A DNA stretch of 64,000 bases from Escherichia phage UPWr_E1. The stretch lies in the sequence record PP418985.1. One strand, 5' to 3'. A program made the translations under genes and the position numbers. Under the pieces are notes generated by a model. That model saw only the letters and a program-made list of their open reading frames with translations. It searched no databases and was not told the origin of the DNA. Below, piece after piece: positions 27,431 through 35,302 of the stretch; position 1 is the stretch's first letter, and each line of letters opens with the position of its first letter.

Positions 27431-27682
27431 ATGGCTAACATCGAAACCGCAAAGAAAATCGCTAAAGACCTGAACGTTAAAGGCTTCCGTAAACTGAAAT
27501 TACAGCGTGTACGCTACACCATCGGCAAACAGTGCTCTTTCATGAGCGAAGAAGTTGCTAACAGCCTCATCGATAATCTGATTGCGGCTGGCTGGGAAGT
27601 TGCGGATCTGAAAACTTGCCGCGAACTGGCTAACAAAGGTCTTTTAGATTCTGTTACTATCAAACCAATGGGGGCAGCGTGA
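27431..27682 (+). CDS. Hypothetical protein, 83 aa
   Basis: Starts MANIE, sharing its first 16 nt with ORF 29565. Confidence 0.5.
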   Translation: MANIETAKKIAKDLNVKGFRKLKLQRVRYTIGKQCSFMSEEVANSLIDNLIAAGWEVADLKTCRELANKGLLDSVTIKPMGAA

Positions 27683-28395
27683 AACAAAAATTAATATTCT
27701 GCAACTTTGACGGATCGGGGATAATGGGGCTAGAATGGGCTAAAGCAGGTCATAAGGTGATCTGCTTTAATGCTGACGATGGCGACCACGGTACATACAA
27801 AAAATATAATACCCGATTTGAACATCCAAACATTACCTATGTAAACACATGGATTGATTTGAACTGGCTGGAAAGAGCAATGGACCTTGAATGGGGGAAA
27901 CCGGATATTATATTTGCATTCCCACCGTGCACCAATTTAGCTGTTAGTGGCGCTGCACACTTTGAACGAAAGAAACGAGAGCAAGGACCATTAATTCAAG
28001 TTCATGATGTAAGGGCAGCTAAAATAACCGCTTATTTGGGCGAATGGTTAGGAGTTCCCTACATGATAGAGAATCCTGTAAGCGTTATCTCTAGCATGTG
28101 GCGTAAGCCTGATTATATGTTCCATCCGTGGGAATATGGCGGTTATTTGCCGGAAGATGATAAACATCCTACGTTTCCTGAGTATATTGCCGCCCGTGAT
28201 ATGTACCCGAAAAAGACTTGCTTATGGACCGGACAAGGCTTTATAATGCCAGAAAAGAAACCGTTGCAGATTAATAAAGGGTACAGTAAACAGCATTCTA
28301 AGCTAGGCGGGAAAGGAACCAGAACAAAGACTATCAGGTCACTTACACCGCGAGGATTCGCAAAGGCAGTATTTGAAGCCAATAAGGATCTATGA
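27679..28395 (+). CDS. DNA (cytosine-5)-methyltransferase-like protein
   Basis: 238 aa; motif I-like FDGSGIMGLEWAKAGHKVICFNADD, motif IV-like FPPCTNLAVSG, motif VI-like ENP; short for a complete C5-MTase. Confidence 0.4.
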   Translation: MKQKLIFCNFDGSGIMGLEWAKAGHKVICFNADDGDHGTYKKYNTRFEHPNITYVNTWIDLNWLERAMDLEWGKPDIIFAFPPCTNLAVSGAAHFERKKREQGPLIQVHDVRAAKITAYLGEWLGVPYMIENPVSVISSMWRKPDYMFHPWEYGGYLPEDDKHPTFPEYIAARDMYPKKTCLWTGQGFIMPEKKPLQINKGYSKQHSKLGGKGTRTKTIRSLTPRGFAKAVFEANKDL

Positions 28396-28724
28396 TGAGA
28401 TTGTTTAAGTATTCGCTAACGTCAAATTACGATAAACAAGGTCATTGCATCCGTTGCCCTGATTGCCATAGCCATAACATCGAAAGCAGGATCACCGATC
28501 ATATTGATGGACTTTGGTCGCCAGCAAGCGAGATAGAATACTATTGCGCTGATTGCGGAATTGTAGTAGCATATTGGGCATACGGATCATATGATCCCTA
28601 CTTCCAGATGGGAGAGCGTTCAATCCCTGCGCTTATCTGGAGAATTAAGAACAATATCCGCCATTCATGGGATGAGTTCTTAAAAGATATTGATTTACGT
28701 GATGATCCATTCAGGAGACTATAA
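28392..28724 (+). CDS. Zinc-ribbon protein, 110 aa
   Basis: CIRCPDCHSH ... CADCG cysteine pairs. Confidence 0.45.
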   Translation: MMRLFKYSLTSNYDKQGHCIRCPDCHSHNIESRITDHIDGLWSPASEIEYYCADCGIVVAYWAYGSYDPYFQMGERSIPALIWRIKNNIRHSWDEFLKDIDLRDDPFRRL

Positions 28725-28725
28725 C

Positions 28726-29244
28726 ATGAACCGTTTAACACCTAAACGCCGTTACTATACCAATACTAAAAACTTTGTCATCTCTGTTTATGAGGCGTGG
28801 TTAGAAGATGGCTATATCAACATGAACCCAGATTATCAGCGTCCTTTAGTATGGGACACCGAAAACAAACGTATGTTTATCGAAAACCTGATTAATGATT
28901 TTCCGGTTGGTGCTATCGCAATGGCTAAGATTGATGATGGCTCTCGCTATGAGATCGAAATCGTGGACGGTAAACAGCGTTTAAACGCAATATTCTCCTT
29001 TATGAAGGATGAGTTTAGCATTGCTGGTAATGATGATTCTATGCTGTATTACAGTGATTTTACGCCAGCAGAAAAGCGACGTTTCCGAAATCTCGGACTA
29101 CCCGCGATCATGATGGAAGAGAGCACAAGAGAAGACCGATTAGAGTATTTCTACAAAACAAACTTTTTCGGTGTTCCTCAATCGGAAGAACATCGCCAGC
29201 ATGTGATTGCCCTATTGCAAGATGAGCAATTAAAAAATAACTAA
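28726..29244 (+). CDS. DUF262 / ParB-like nuclease-domain protein
   Basis: 172 aa from ATG after RBS caggaga; NPDYQRPLVW and VDGKQRLNAI match the DUF262 signature (compare DGQQR). Confidence 0.45.
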   Translation: MNRLTPKRRYYTNTKNFVISVYEAWLEDGYINMNPDYQRPLVWDTENKRMFIENLINDFPVGAIAMAKIDDGSRYEIEIVDGKQRLNAIFSFMKDEFSIAGNDDSMLYYSDFTPAEKRRFRNLGLPAIMMEESTREDRLEYFYKTNFFGVPQSEEHRQHVIALLQDEQLKNN

Positions 29245-29252
29245 AAAAGTTG

Positions 29253-29281
29253 TTGACAGGGGATCATCGATCCCCTATAAT
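29253..29281 (+). promoter_or_regulatory. PeSL-type early promoter
   Basis: TTGACA, palindromic spacer ggggatcatcgatcccc, TATAAT. Confidence 0.55.
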
Positions 29282-29313
29282 ACACACATACCGAAACGAA
29301 AGGAGAATCAAAC

Positions 29314-29493
29314 ATGAAACACTTAACCATCGAATCGGCAATCATCGCAATCGCTAAAGTTCAAGCGGCTTATAATTGCACTGACATTGAAGCCATTTCA
29401 AAAATGCAAGCAGAAGCCGCAAAAGCAGGTGACGAGAAATCTTTAGATGTTCTCTGCGAAATCAAAGCAGAATTAATTTCAAAAATGTTCTAA
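29314..29493 (+). CDS. Hypothetical protein, 59 aa
   Basis: ATG after RBS aaggagaatcaaac; below track cutoff. Confidence 0.4.
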   Translation: MKHLTIESAIIAIAKVQAAYNCTDIEAISKMQAEAAKAGDEKSLDVLCEIKAELISKMF

Positions 29494-29499
29494 AAGTTG

Positions 29500-29528
29500 T
29501 TGACATAACAGAGGGTGTATATCATAAT
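29500..29528 (+). promoter_or_regulatory. PeSL-type early promoter
   Basis: TTGACA; hairpin gggtgtat-atcataa-tacaccc containing CATAAT. Confidence 0.55.
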
Positions 29529-29564
29529 ACACCCATACCGAAACGAACTACTAAGGAGTATCAA

Positions 29565-29777
29565 ATGGCTAACATCGAAATCATCGTTACCGACGTAACT
29601 TATGACCGCATCAATGAAATCGGTACTGCTTTGCTAGAAGATGGAACAACTCGCACCATCAACTACGCAGAATACGTTGAAATGCGCGGTTGGATTAAAC
29701 GAGTAGGAAAATATATCCTGATTGAAAAAGACTATTCAGGATACACCTTAGAGCAATTGCTTGATGGTGCATTATAA
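29565..29777 (+). CDS. Hypothetical protein, 70 aa
   Basis: Starts MANIE; RBS aaggagtatcaa. Confidence 0.5.
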   Translation: MANIEIIVTDVTYDRINEIGTALLEDGTTRTINYAEYVEMRGWIKRVGKYILIEKDYSGYTLEQLLDGAL

Positions 29778-29782
29778 TTTAA

Positions 29783-29802
29783 GGGGCGTAAAGCCCCTTT
29801 TT
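29783..29802 (+). terminator. Rho-independent terminator
   Basis: ggggc-gtaaa-gcccc followed by ttttt. Confidence 0.65.
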
Positions 29803-29843
29803 CATAAATATAGGTTTATAGGTTATCAACTAGAGGATATAAA

Positions 29844-31895
29844 ATGTTTAACTTAGAAATCGACGATCTAATGATTGAATCTTTCGAGAAATGGCTGTTG
29901 ACGGAAGAGGAAGAAAACTTTGGTAGTATTGCTCCGGTACAGTGCTTAAAGCCTAAGCAGAACCCTAAACAGCTTTTTGCAGTACAGACACGCGATAAAG
30001 ATGTGATTGTCCGTCTTTGTAACTTCACCAACAAAACACCTAAAATCATTCGTCTTGGTGACAAGACCGCACATGTTGTACTGTGCGAAATGAACAAAAG
30101 CGGTCGTATTGTACAGCTTAAAAATGGTCTAGGCGATAACCCGATTGCAGTTATGGCAAGTGCTTTTGATGTGGTTATGGAAACAGCCCGTAAAGCGCAA
30201 TTAGACGCTGTTATGTTCCGTTTTAACGTATCCCGCATGAAAGGTAAGACCGAACTGGTTAAGCGCGTTATAGAGCGTTTGGTGCGTCGTACACCTAAGT
30301 TTGAAGTATTCCAGCAGGAAGTAATGACCAGCAAAAAGATCGCTTTAGTTGTTGTCAAGCGTCGCGGGATGGCGATTGATAAGATTAAAGGGATTAAACT
30401 TGATGATTCCCTGTTCACTAAAGTAGAAAGTGATTTAGGTGATCGCTGGGTATCTAAAGCTACTGGCGAATCTCTGACTAAAGATGAAGCGTATGCGGCT
30501 AGCCTTGCATCAGAAGAAGAACGAAACGCAGAAGCGGAACAACGTGTAGCGGCTAAGTCTCGTTTGACTAAAGAAGAAATGCTGAAAACTCAAGCGACCT
30601 ATAACAGCGACTATGTGAATCATCCAGAAAAAATTAATCTTAAACCGGAAGAAGATATCACCGAAGCCGAACCTAAGAAACAGTTTAATACTCTGATTGA
30701 TCGTCAAGCCTTAGAACGTTCAACCGCTCGTTCTCTGAATGACTGGACAAGTGATATTATCACTCGCTACGGTTTCATGCGTACTATTTTTGAAAGCGAA
30801 GCCGATGCAAAATACGCAGTAAGCGAACTGGTAAAAGTTCAGGACCAATATGATCCGTTGTCTGCGGAAGTTATTGCAGCATCAATCAAACGCTTAAAAG
30901 AAATCATGAGCGAGGAAGTATTCGAAAACAAGATCACCGCCCTGGCAATGGATCGAGTAGACCAGTCTATGCCAGCAGATGTAAAAGCTGAAATGCTTCG
31001 TAGTCACATCACACAGATTAAAACCGATGCCCTACGTAATGTTGCTTCCGGTATGTTTGAAGCAATTGCTAGCAACATGGGTGAAATGATGGCAAATATT
31101 GATCTTGATCTGCCGGGCGCGGAAGGTTTTGTGTTGAGCGAATATGCCGATGCAGCATACATCAATATGAACAACTTCCTAACCGACCGTAAGCTGGAAG
31201 AGTTTGACGGCATCGCAGATCCAGAAGAATTGGTCAAGATGTGCGATGCACTGGATAATGCCTTCTCTAACTATGGCGTTAAACTTGATCCGGGTACTAT
31301 TCTGTATCGTGGTATGGACTTCCGGTCTCAAATGTGGGAAACTGCACGTAAGCAAAAAGCGTTTTACTTTAAAAACTATGTGAGCACTTCCCTTGCACCT
31401 AACATTTTTGGTGGCTGGAATGCAAACGTGGCTAGTGCCGTTGCTGGTGTAGATTCTATGGCTGGATCTCGCGGTGAAGGTGGCGCTAATGTTGCTTTCT
31501 CCATTGCTGGCGCGGAAAACATCCCTGTATTGCCAGTAGGTAACAAGGCATTTGCTTACAAAGAATGCGAGATTTTACTTCCTCGCGGTGTTGTGTTATC
31601 CTTTGATACGGTAACTCGTGCTACGGCATCGACGGATTCACAAGAAACTTATTACATTGAGGCACATATTATGAACAAAAATGAACTGGCAGCATTACAA
31701 GAATCTGGCGAGATGATCGCGGACGGTGATGCATTCATCCGTGAAGGTGTTGTTAAACCTGCTTCTGACCTGTCTTTCTCCAGCTTTATTACCGAAGCTA
31801 AAACCGAACGTAAGAAAGCAGATAAGGCAACTCTACGTCAGCTTATCGCTGATCTGGTATCTGTAGACGCAATGCCAGATAAATTTAAAATGTAA
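29844..31895 (+). CDS. alt: Alt-like ADP-ribosyltransferase (packaged, modifies host RNA polymerase in T4)
   Basis: 683 aa (T4 Alt is 682 aa); C-terminal R-S-E type ART motifs LYRG, YVSTSL, ECEILLP. Confidence 0.7.
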   Translation: MFNLEIDDLMIESFEKWLLTEEEENFGSIAPVQCLKPKQNPKQLFAVQTRDKDVIVRLCNFTNKTPKIIRLGDKTAHVVLCEMNKSGRIVQLKNGLGDNPIAVMASAFDVVMETARKAQLDAVMFRFNVSRMKGKTELVKRVIERLVRRTPKFEVFQQEVMTSKKIALVVVKRRGMAIDKIKGIKLDDSLFTKVESDLGDRWVSKATGESLTKDEAYAASLASEEERNAEAEQRVAAKSRLTKEEMLKTQATYNSDYVNHPEKINLKPEEDITEAEPKKQFNTLIDRQALERSTARSLNDWTSDIITRYGFMRTIFESEADAKYAVSELVKVQDQYDPLSAEVIAASIKRLKEIMSEEVFENKITALAMDRVDQSMPADVKAEMLRSHITQIKTDALRNVASGMFEAIASNMGEMMANIDLDLPGAEGFVLSEYADAAYINMNNFLTDRKLEEFDGIADPEELVKMCDALDNAFSNYGVKLDPGTILYRGMDFRSQMWETARKQKAFYFKNYVSTSLAPNIFGGWNANVASAVAGVDSMAGSRGEGGANVAFSIAGAENIPVLPVGNKAFAYKECEILLPRGVVLSFDTVTRATASTDSQETYYIEAHIMNKNELAALQESGEMIADGDAFIREGVVKPASDLSFSSFITEAKTERKKADKATLRQLIADLVSVDAMPDKFKM

Positions 31896-31912
31896 TTTTT
31901 AAGAAATAATGG

Positions 31913-31941
31913 TTGACTCAAACGGGGACTAGTTTTATACT
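31913..31941 (+). promoter_or_regulatory. Early promoter embedded in terminator-like hairpin
   Basis: TTGACT-17-TATACT; hairpin cggggactag...ctagccccg followed by tttt may also terminate alt transcripts. Confidence 0.45.
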
Positions 31942-31973
31942 AGCCCCGTTTTCTGTTATATGGGAGGTTTAAA

Positions 31974-32798
31974 ATGTTCAAACAATTACAGGATTTTCGT
32001 CTTTCAGAAGAATCACGCGAATCAATGATGGAACGTATGGATAATTACATCGAAACATATGGCATTGAGGGGATTAATGGTTACATGATCACTGAGATGA
32101 TCAGCGATCAGATTAACTTTGATGATTATGTGAAGATTATCCGCTTCCTTGAGCGCGAGACACAAGATTATGGATTTGTCAAGAAAATCATTAATGTGAT
32201 GTATGAAGTACACTCCGAAGATTTTGGAGATAATGTATTCAAATATTACAAACATAACAACATAACCCCCGCAGAATATAATGCAATCTGTGATTATGTG
32301 TCTGAACAATACGAATGGGTAAATGGTGCTCTCTTAGGCGAGGAAGACATGACCGACGAGATATCAGAGATTGTCGATTTGATGGATTGTGTCATGGATA
32401 AAACCGAAAAGTTAAACGGTACTCTTTATCGTGGTCAACATCTTGACATTCAAACAATAGAGCGTATTATTGAAGATAAGGAATTTACCTTTAAAAACTT
32501 TGTGTCGACCAGCATGACACCGATCATTTTTGGAGGATGGCTTTCAAACAGCACTAGCCTTTATTGTGAGAATCGATATGAATCGATGACCGGAAAGATG
32601 CAACATTCTTGTAATGTATCATGGGTAATTGACGTAAAAGATCATAAAGGTTTTGTTGTTGGGTCGATTGCATGGAATCCTTGCGAATGTGAAGTAATTT
32701 TACCGCGCGGGACTTGCATAAAGGTAAACGACGTAGTAGAATCCTTCGGCGATGAGAATCGTAGACAATTTACAATTTTCGGTGAGGTGACTAAATGA
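31974..32798 (+). CDS. ADP-ribosyltransferase, Alt C-terminal domain paralog
   Basis: 274 aa; GTLYRG, FKNFVSTSMTPIIFGGW, CECEVILPRG aligns to Alt catalytic domain. Confidence 0.6.
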   Translation: MFKQLQDFRLSEESRESMMERMDNYIETYGIEGINGYMITEMISDQINFDDYVKIIRFLERETQDYGFVKKIINVMYEVHSEDFGDNVFKYYKHNNITPAEYNAICDYVSEQYEWVNGALLGEEDMTDEISEIVDLMDCVMDKTEKLNGTLYRGQHLDIQTIERIIEDKEFTFKNFVSTSMTPIIFGGWLSNSTSLYCENRYESMTGKMQHSCNVSWVIDVKDHKGFVVGSIAWNPCECEVILPRGTCIKVNDVVESFGDENRRQFTIFGEVTK

Positions 32799-33280
32799 AA
32801 ATGATTAAACTGATTGGTCTTGCGGCTGCATTCATGCTTACTGGTTGTGCTAACATGGAAGCTATGATGAATGCTAAATCAGATCCGGTTTTCTTGCTTC
32901 GTGAATGTAAAGCAGCATATGCAAGCGATGATCAGATCGAATCGTGCTTTATTTCTAAAATGGAACGTCGAGACGTGGATCGCGTTAAAGTTGGTTTAGC
33001 ACCACAGACGCAGATGTTCAAGGATGCAATCAAAGAAGCGCGGGAAAAGAAAGCACGAGAAGAAAAGAAGCGTCAAGAAGAATTGCGCAAGCAGAAAGAA
33101 GAGTCTATACAACTTGAGAAGATGAAAGCACGCGATCGTTGTATTATCATGTCTGACATGCAGATAGAGCAAGAAGCAAGAAAGGCAGCATTAAACGGTG
33201 ATTATGACCGTTATGAAGAACTTAACAGCGCAGAATTTCAAGCTAAGGCACTAAAATATTGCAATGATTTAGCAAAATAA
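32795..33280 (+). CDS. Putative lipoprotein
   Basis: 161 aa; signal peptide with lipobox LTGC; lysine/glutamate-rich helical C-terminal half. Confidence 0.5.
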   Translation: MKMIKLIGLAAAFMLTGCANMEAMMNAKSDPVFLLRECKAAYASDDQIESCFISKMERRDVDRVKVGLAPQTQMFKDAIKEAREKKAREEKKRQEELRKQKEESIQLEKMKARDRCIIMSDMQIEQEARKAALNGDYDRYEELNSAEFQAKALKYCNDLAK

Positions 33281-33282
33281 AA

Positions 33283-33301
33283 AGGCGGGGATAATCCCCG
33301 C
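33283..33301. terminator. Bidirectional terminator between convergent genes
   Basis: ggcgggga-taa-tccccgcc flanked by A-run upstream and T-run downstream. Confidence 0.6.
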
Positions 33302-33311
33302 CTTTCGCTTA

Positions 33312-34244
33312 TCAGAACCAGTTAGTGACAGTATTCACCACACGCCCACCAACGCCATTTAGACGCGATAAAGCATTACCAGCAGCAGATAACCCACTAT
33401 CAAGTAAATTGTTCCCGAAAGTGTTTGTTATTGCGTTTATGGCCTTATCCTCAATCCATTCCCGCGCGGCTTGCTCGCCTACTGCACCAGTTTGCATAGA
33501 ACGATATGCAAAAGTAACATCGAATGTTGTGATTTCGTTGTTATTTTCATAGGTTAATTCCGGTGCACTCACACCAACAGGAACACAACCACTAAACATC
33601 ATGATCGTGTGAGGAACACCCATCCTATTATGCAAATTGACCTGAATATCTGCTTCAACGTCAACAGGAAGCGCACGAAGCCCTGTAACGGGGTCTTCTA
33701 CTGAGTTAACCCAATCCTGCATTGCTCTATAGTTTGATGCGCTAGAGTCCATTCTAAAGCTCAATACAAGAGGATCAAAATCACGTCCGGTAATTCGAAT
33801 GTTTGGCGCATTGTGGTTACGGTCCATTTCATAACTCAATCTGTTTTCTGGAACCTTAACTGCATACACCAGAAGACCGCTTGTCTTATATGCCATATTG
33901 AACCAATCAAGAGCATATGTACCAACATCAAATTGCCCCAGAAGAGATTGAACTACGCGGGATGACATTGCACCCAAAAGATATTTTTTGACACCGGATG
34001 AATCAACCGCACGCCTAACGCCCTGTACAGCAAGATTAGTCAATGCGTCAGTATAATCACCACGAGTAATCCCGAAATAGTCATTTAATGCATTTGGTAT
34101 AATATCATATACCGCACCACCCATACTTTCTAGGATCGCTTGTGTCTTATTACTTGGTGTGGTGGCAAATGCCACGCTGAATAAGTTAGATCGCTGAAAG
34201 TCAAGGTTAGCGGCTTGTTCGTTAAAATCATTTAAATCAAACAT
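33312..34244 (-). CDS. 54: Baseplate tail-tube initiator gp54
   Basis: 310 aa; size and order 51-27-28-29-48-54 as in T4. Confidence 0.6.
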   Translation of the reverse strand: MFDLNDFNEQAANLDFQRSNLFSVAFATTPSNKTQAILESMGGAVYDIIPNALNDYFGITRGDYTDALTNLAVQGVRRAVDSSGVKKYLLGAMSSRVVQSLLGQFDVGTYALDWFNMAYKTSGLLVYAVKVPENRLSYEMDRNHNAPNIRITGRDFDPLVLSFRMDSSASNYRAMQDWVNSVEDPVTGLRALPVDVEADIQVNLHNRMGVPHTIMMFSGCVPVGVSAPELTYENNNEITTFDVTFAYRSMQTGAVGEQAAREWIEDKAINAITNTFGNNLLDSGLSAAGNALSRLNGVGGRVVNTVTNWF

Positions 34245-35302
34245 TATGCCGCACTCCCAAATATAGTACCACGGGAAAGTGTCAAGATCTCCCTAAATGA
34301 TACTTCCAGAACAAAGGTACTAGGCAAGTTAGGAGAAATAGCAAGGCCATTAAACTTACCATCAGGCGACTTGTCCAGACGTACACTTGAGATCTGAGCG
34401 GGACCAAATGCATCGCTACGCCCTTCAAATGATGTACGCTTACCGAAGTTAGAGATCATCCATATTGTCGGGTTAGATACAGTAATCACGTTGGATAGGA
34501 AATCAGTGATCCCCTCAAAAAGAGTATCATTTTTCTTTGCTTCGGCTGGCGTCGATTTGCTCAACAGCGTATTTTTATACCATGCATCAACTTCCGCTTT
34601 TAATTCTTTTGCGGTGCTGGAAATACCGCTAGAACCATAAGACAATTCTAAAAACGTTTCGTATATGATCAGAATATTGCGAAGGTCTTCAATACTACGT
34701 GGGGTTAGATGCCATACATAGTTTTTAGTTCGTGCGTCAGCACCAGCATACATGCTTCGAGCAGTATTATAAATCTGTTCACCGTGATCGGCAAGGTATC
34801 CACCAGTAATACTTTCTATACCACCAAAAACGGCAGTAGATGCCATATTTGATAGAGCGCCACCTAAAGTACCGCCACCACGAGAAATAACAGATTCGCC
34901 AACATCATTAAACTTATGGCTTGCGGCGTCAACGTCAGATTGACTACGAGGAAGAAGAATATTAGCAATTGCCTCGCGGTCAAATGCAGTATTTCTTCCG
35001 CCCAGATTTAAATCAAAACCAGCAATATTAACGCTACCACCAAAACCACTAGCAACATTTTTCTTTTTTCTGAAATCACGCAATGATCCAGTTGTGCGAG
35101 ATGTATAATCATATGCAGTGAATAACAGACCATTATTATATAAGTCGTTGATATAATAACCGCTAGCATCATTACCGCTAGCACGTTCAGCGGGGAATTG
35201 AGCGGTTAATGTTTTCCCTTTATTTTTTGAGGTAAAACCAGCGGAGGTTTTAACCCCCGCTTTAAAGCTATCAACGGCATCATTGATAACACTAATTTTC
35301 AT
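34244..35302 (-). CDS. 48: Baseplate tail-tube cap gp48
   Basis: 352 aa; synteny and size. Confidence 0.6.
   Translation of the reverse strand: MKISVINDAVDSFKAGVKTSAGFTSKNKGKTLTAQFPAERASGNDASGYYINDLYNNGLLFTAYDYTSRTTGSLRDFRKKKNVASGFGGSVNIAGFDLNLGGRNTAFDREAIANILLPRSQSDVDAASHKFNDVGESVISRGGGTLGGALSNMASTAVFGGIESITGGYLADHGEQIYNTARSMYAGADARTKNYVWHLTPRSIEDLRNILIIYETFLELSYGSSGISSTAKELKAEVDAWYKNTLLSKSTPAEAKKNDTLFEGITDFLSNVITVSNPTIWMISNFGKRTSFEGRSDAFGPAQISSVRLDKSPDGKFNGLAISPNLPSTFVLEVSFREILTLSRGTIFGSAA

Noticed and set aside
22366-29540. GC-rich palindromes recurring at intervals, considered as a CRISPR array or REP elements
   Set aside because: Each palindrome sits exactly between a -35 and a -10 element and is followed by an RBS and ORF; spacing is irregular and the intervening DNA is coding.
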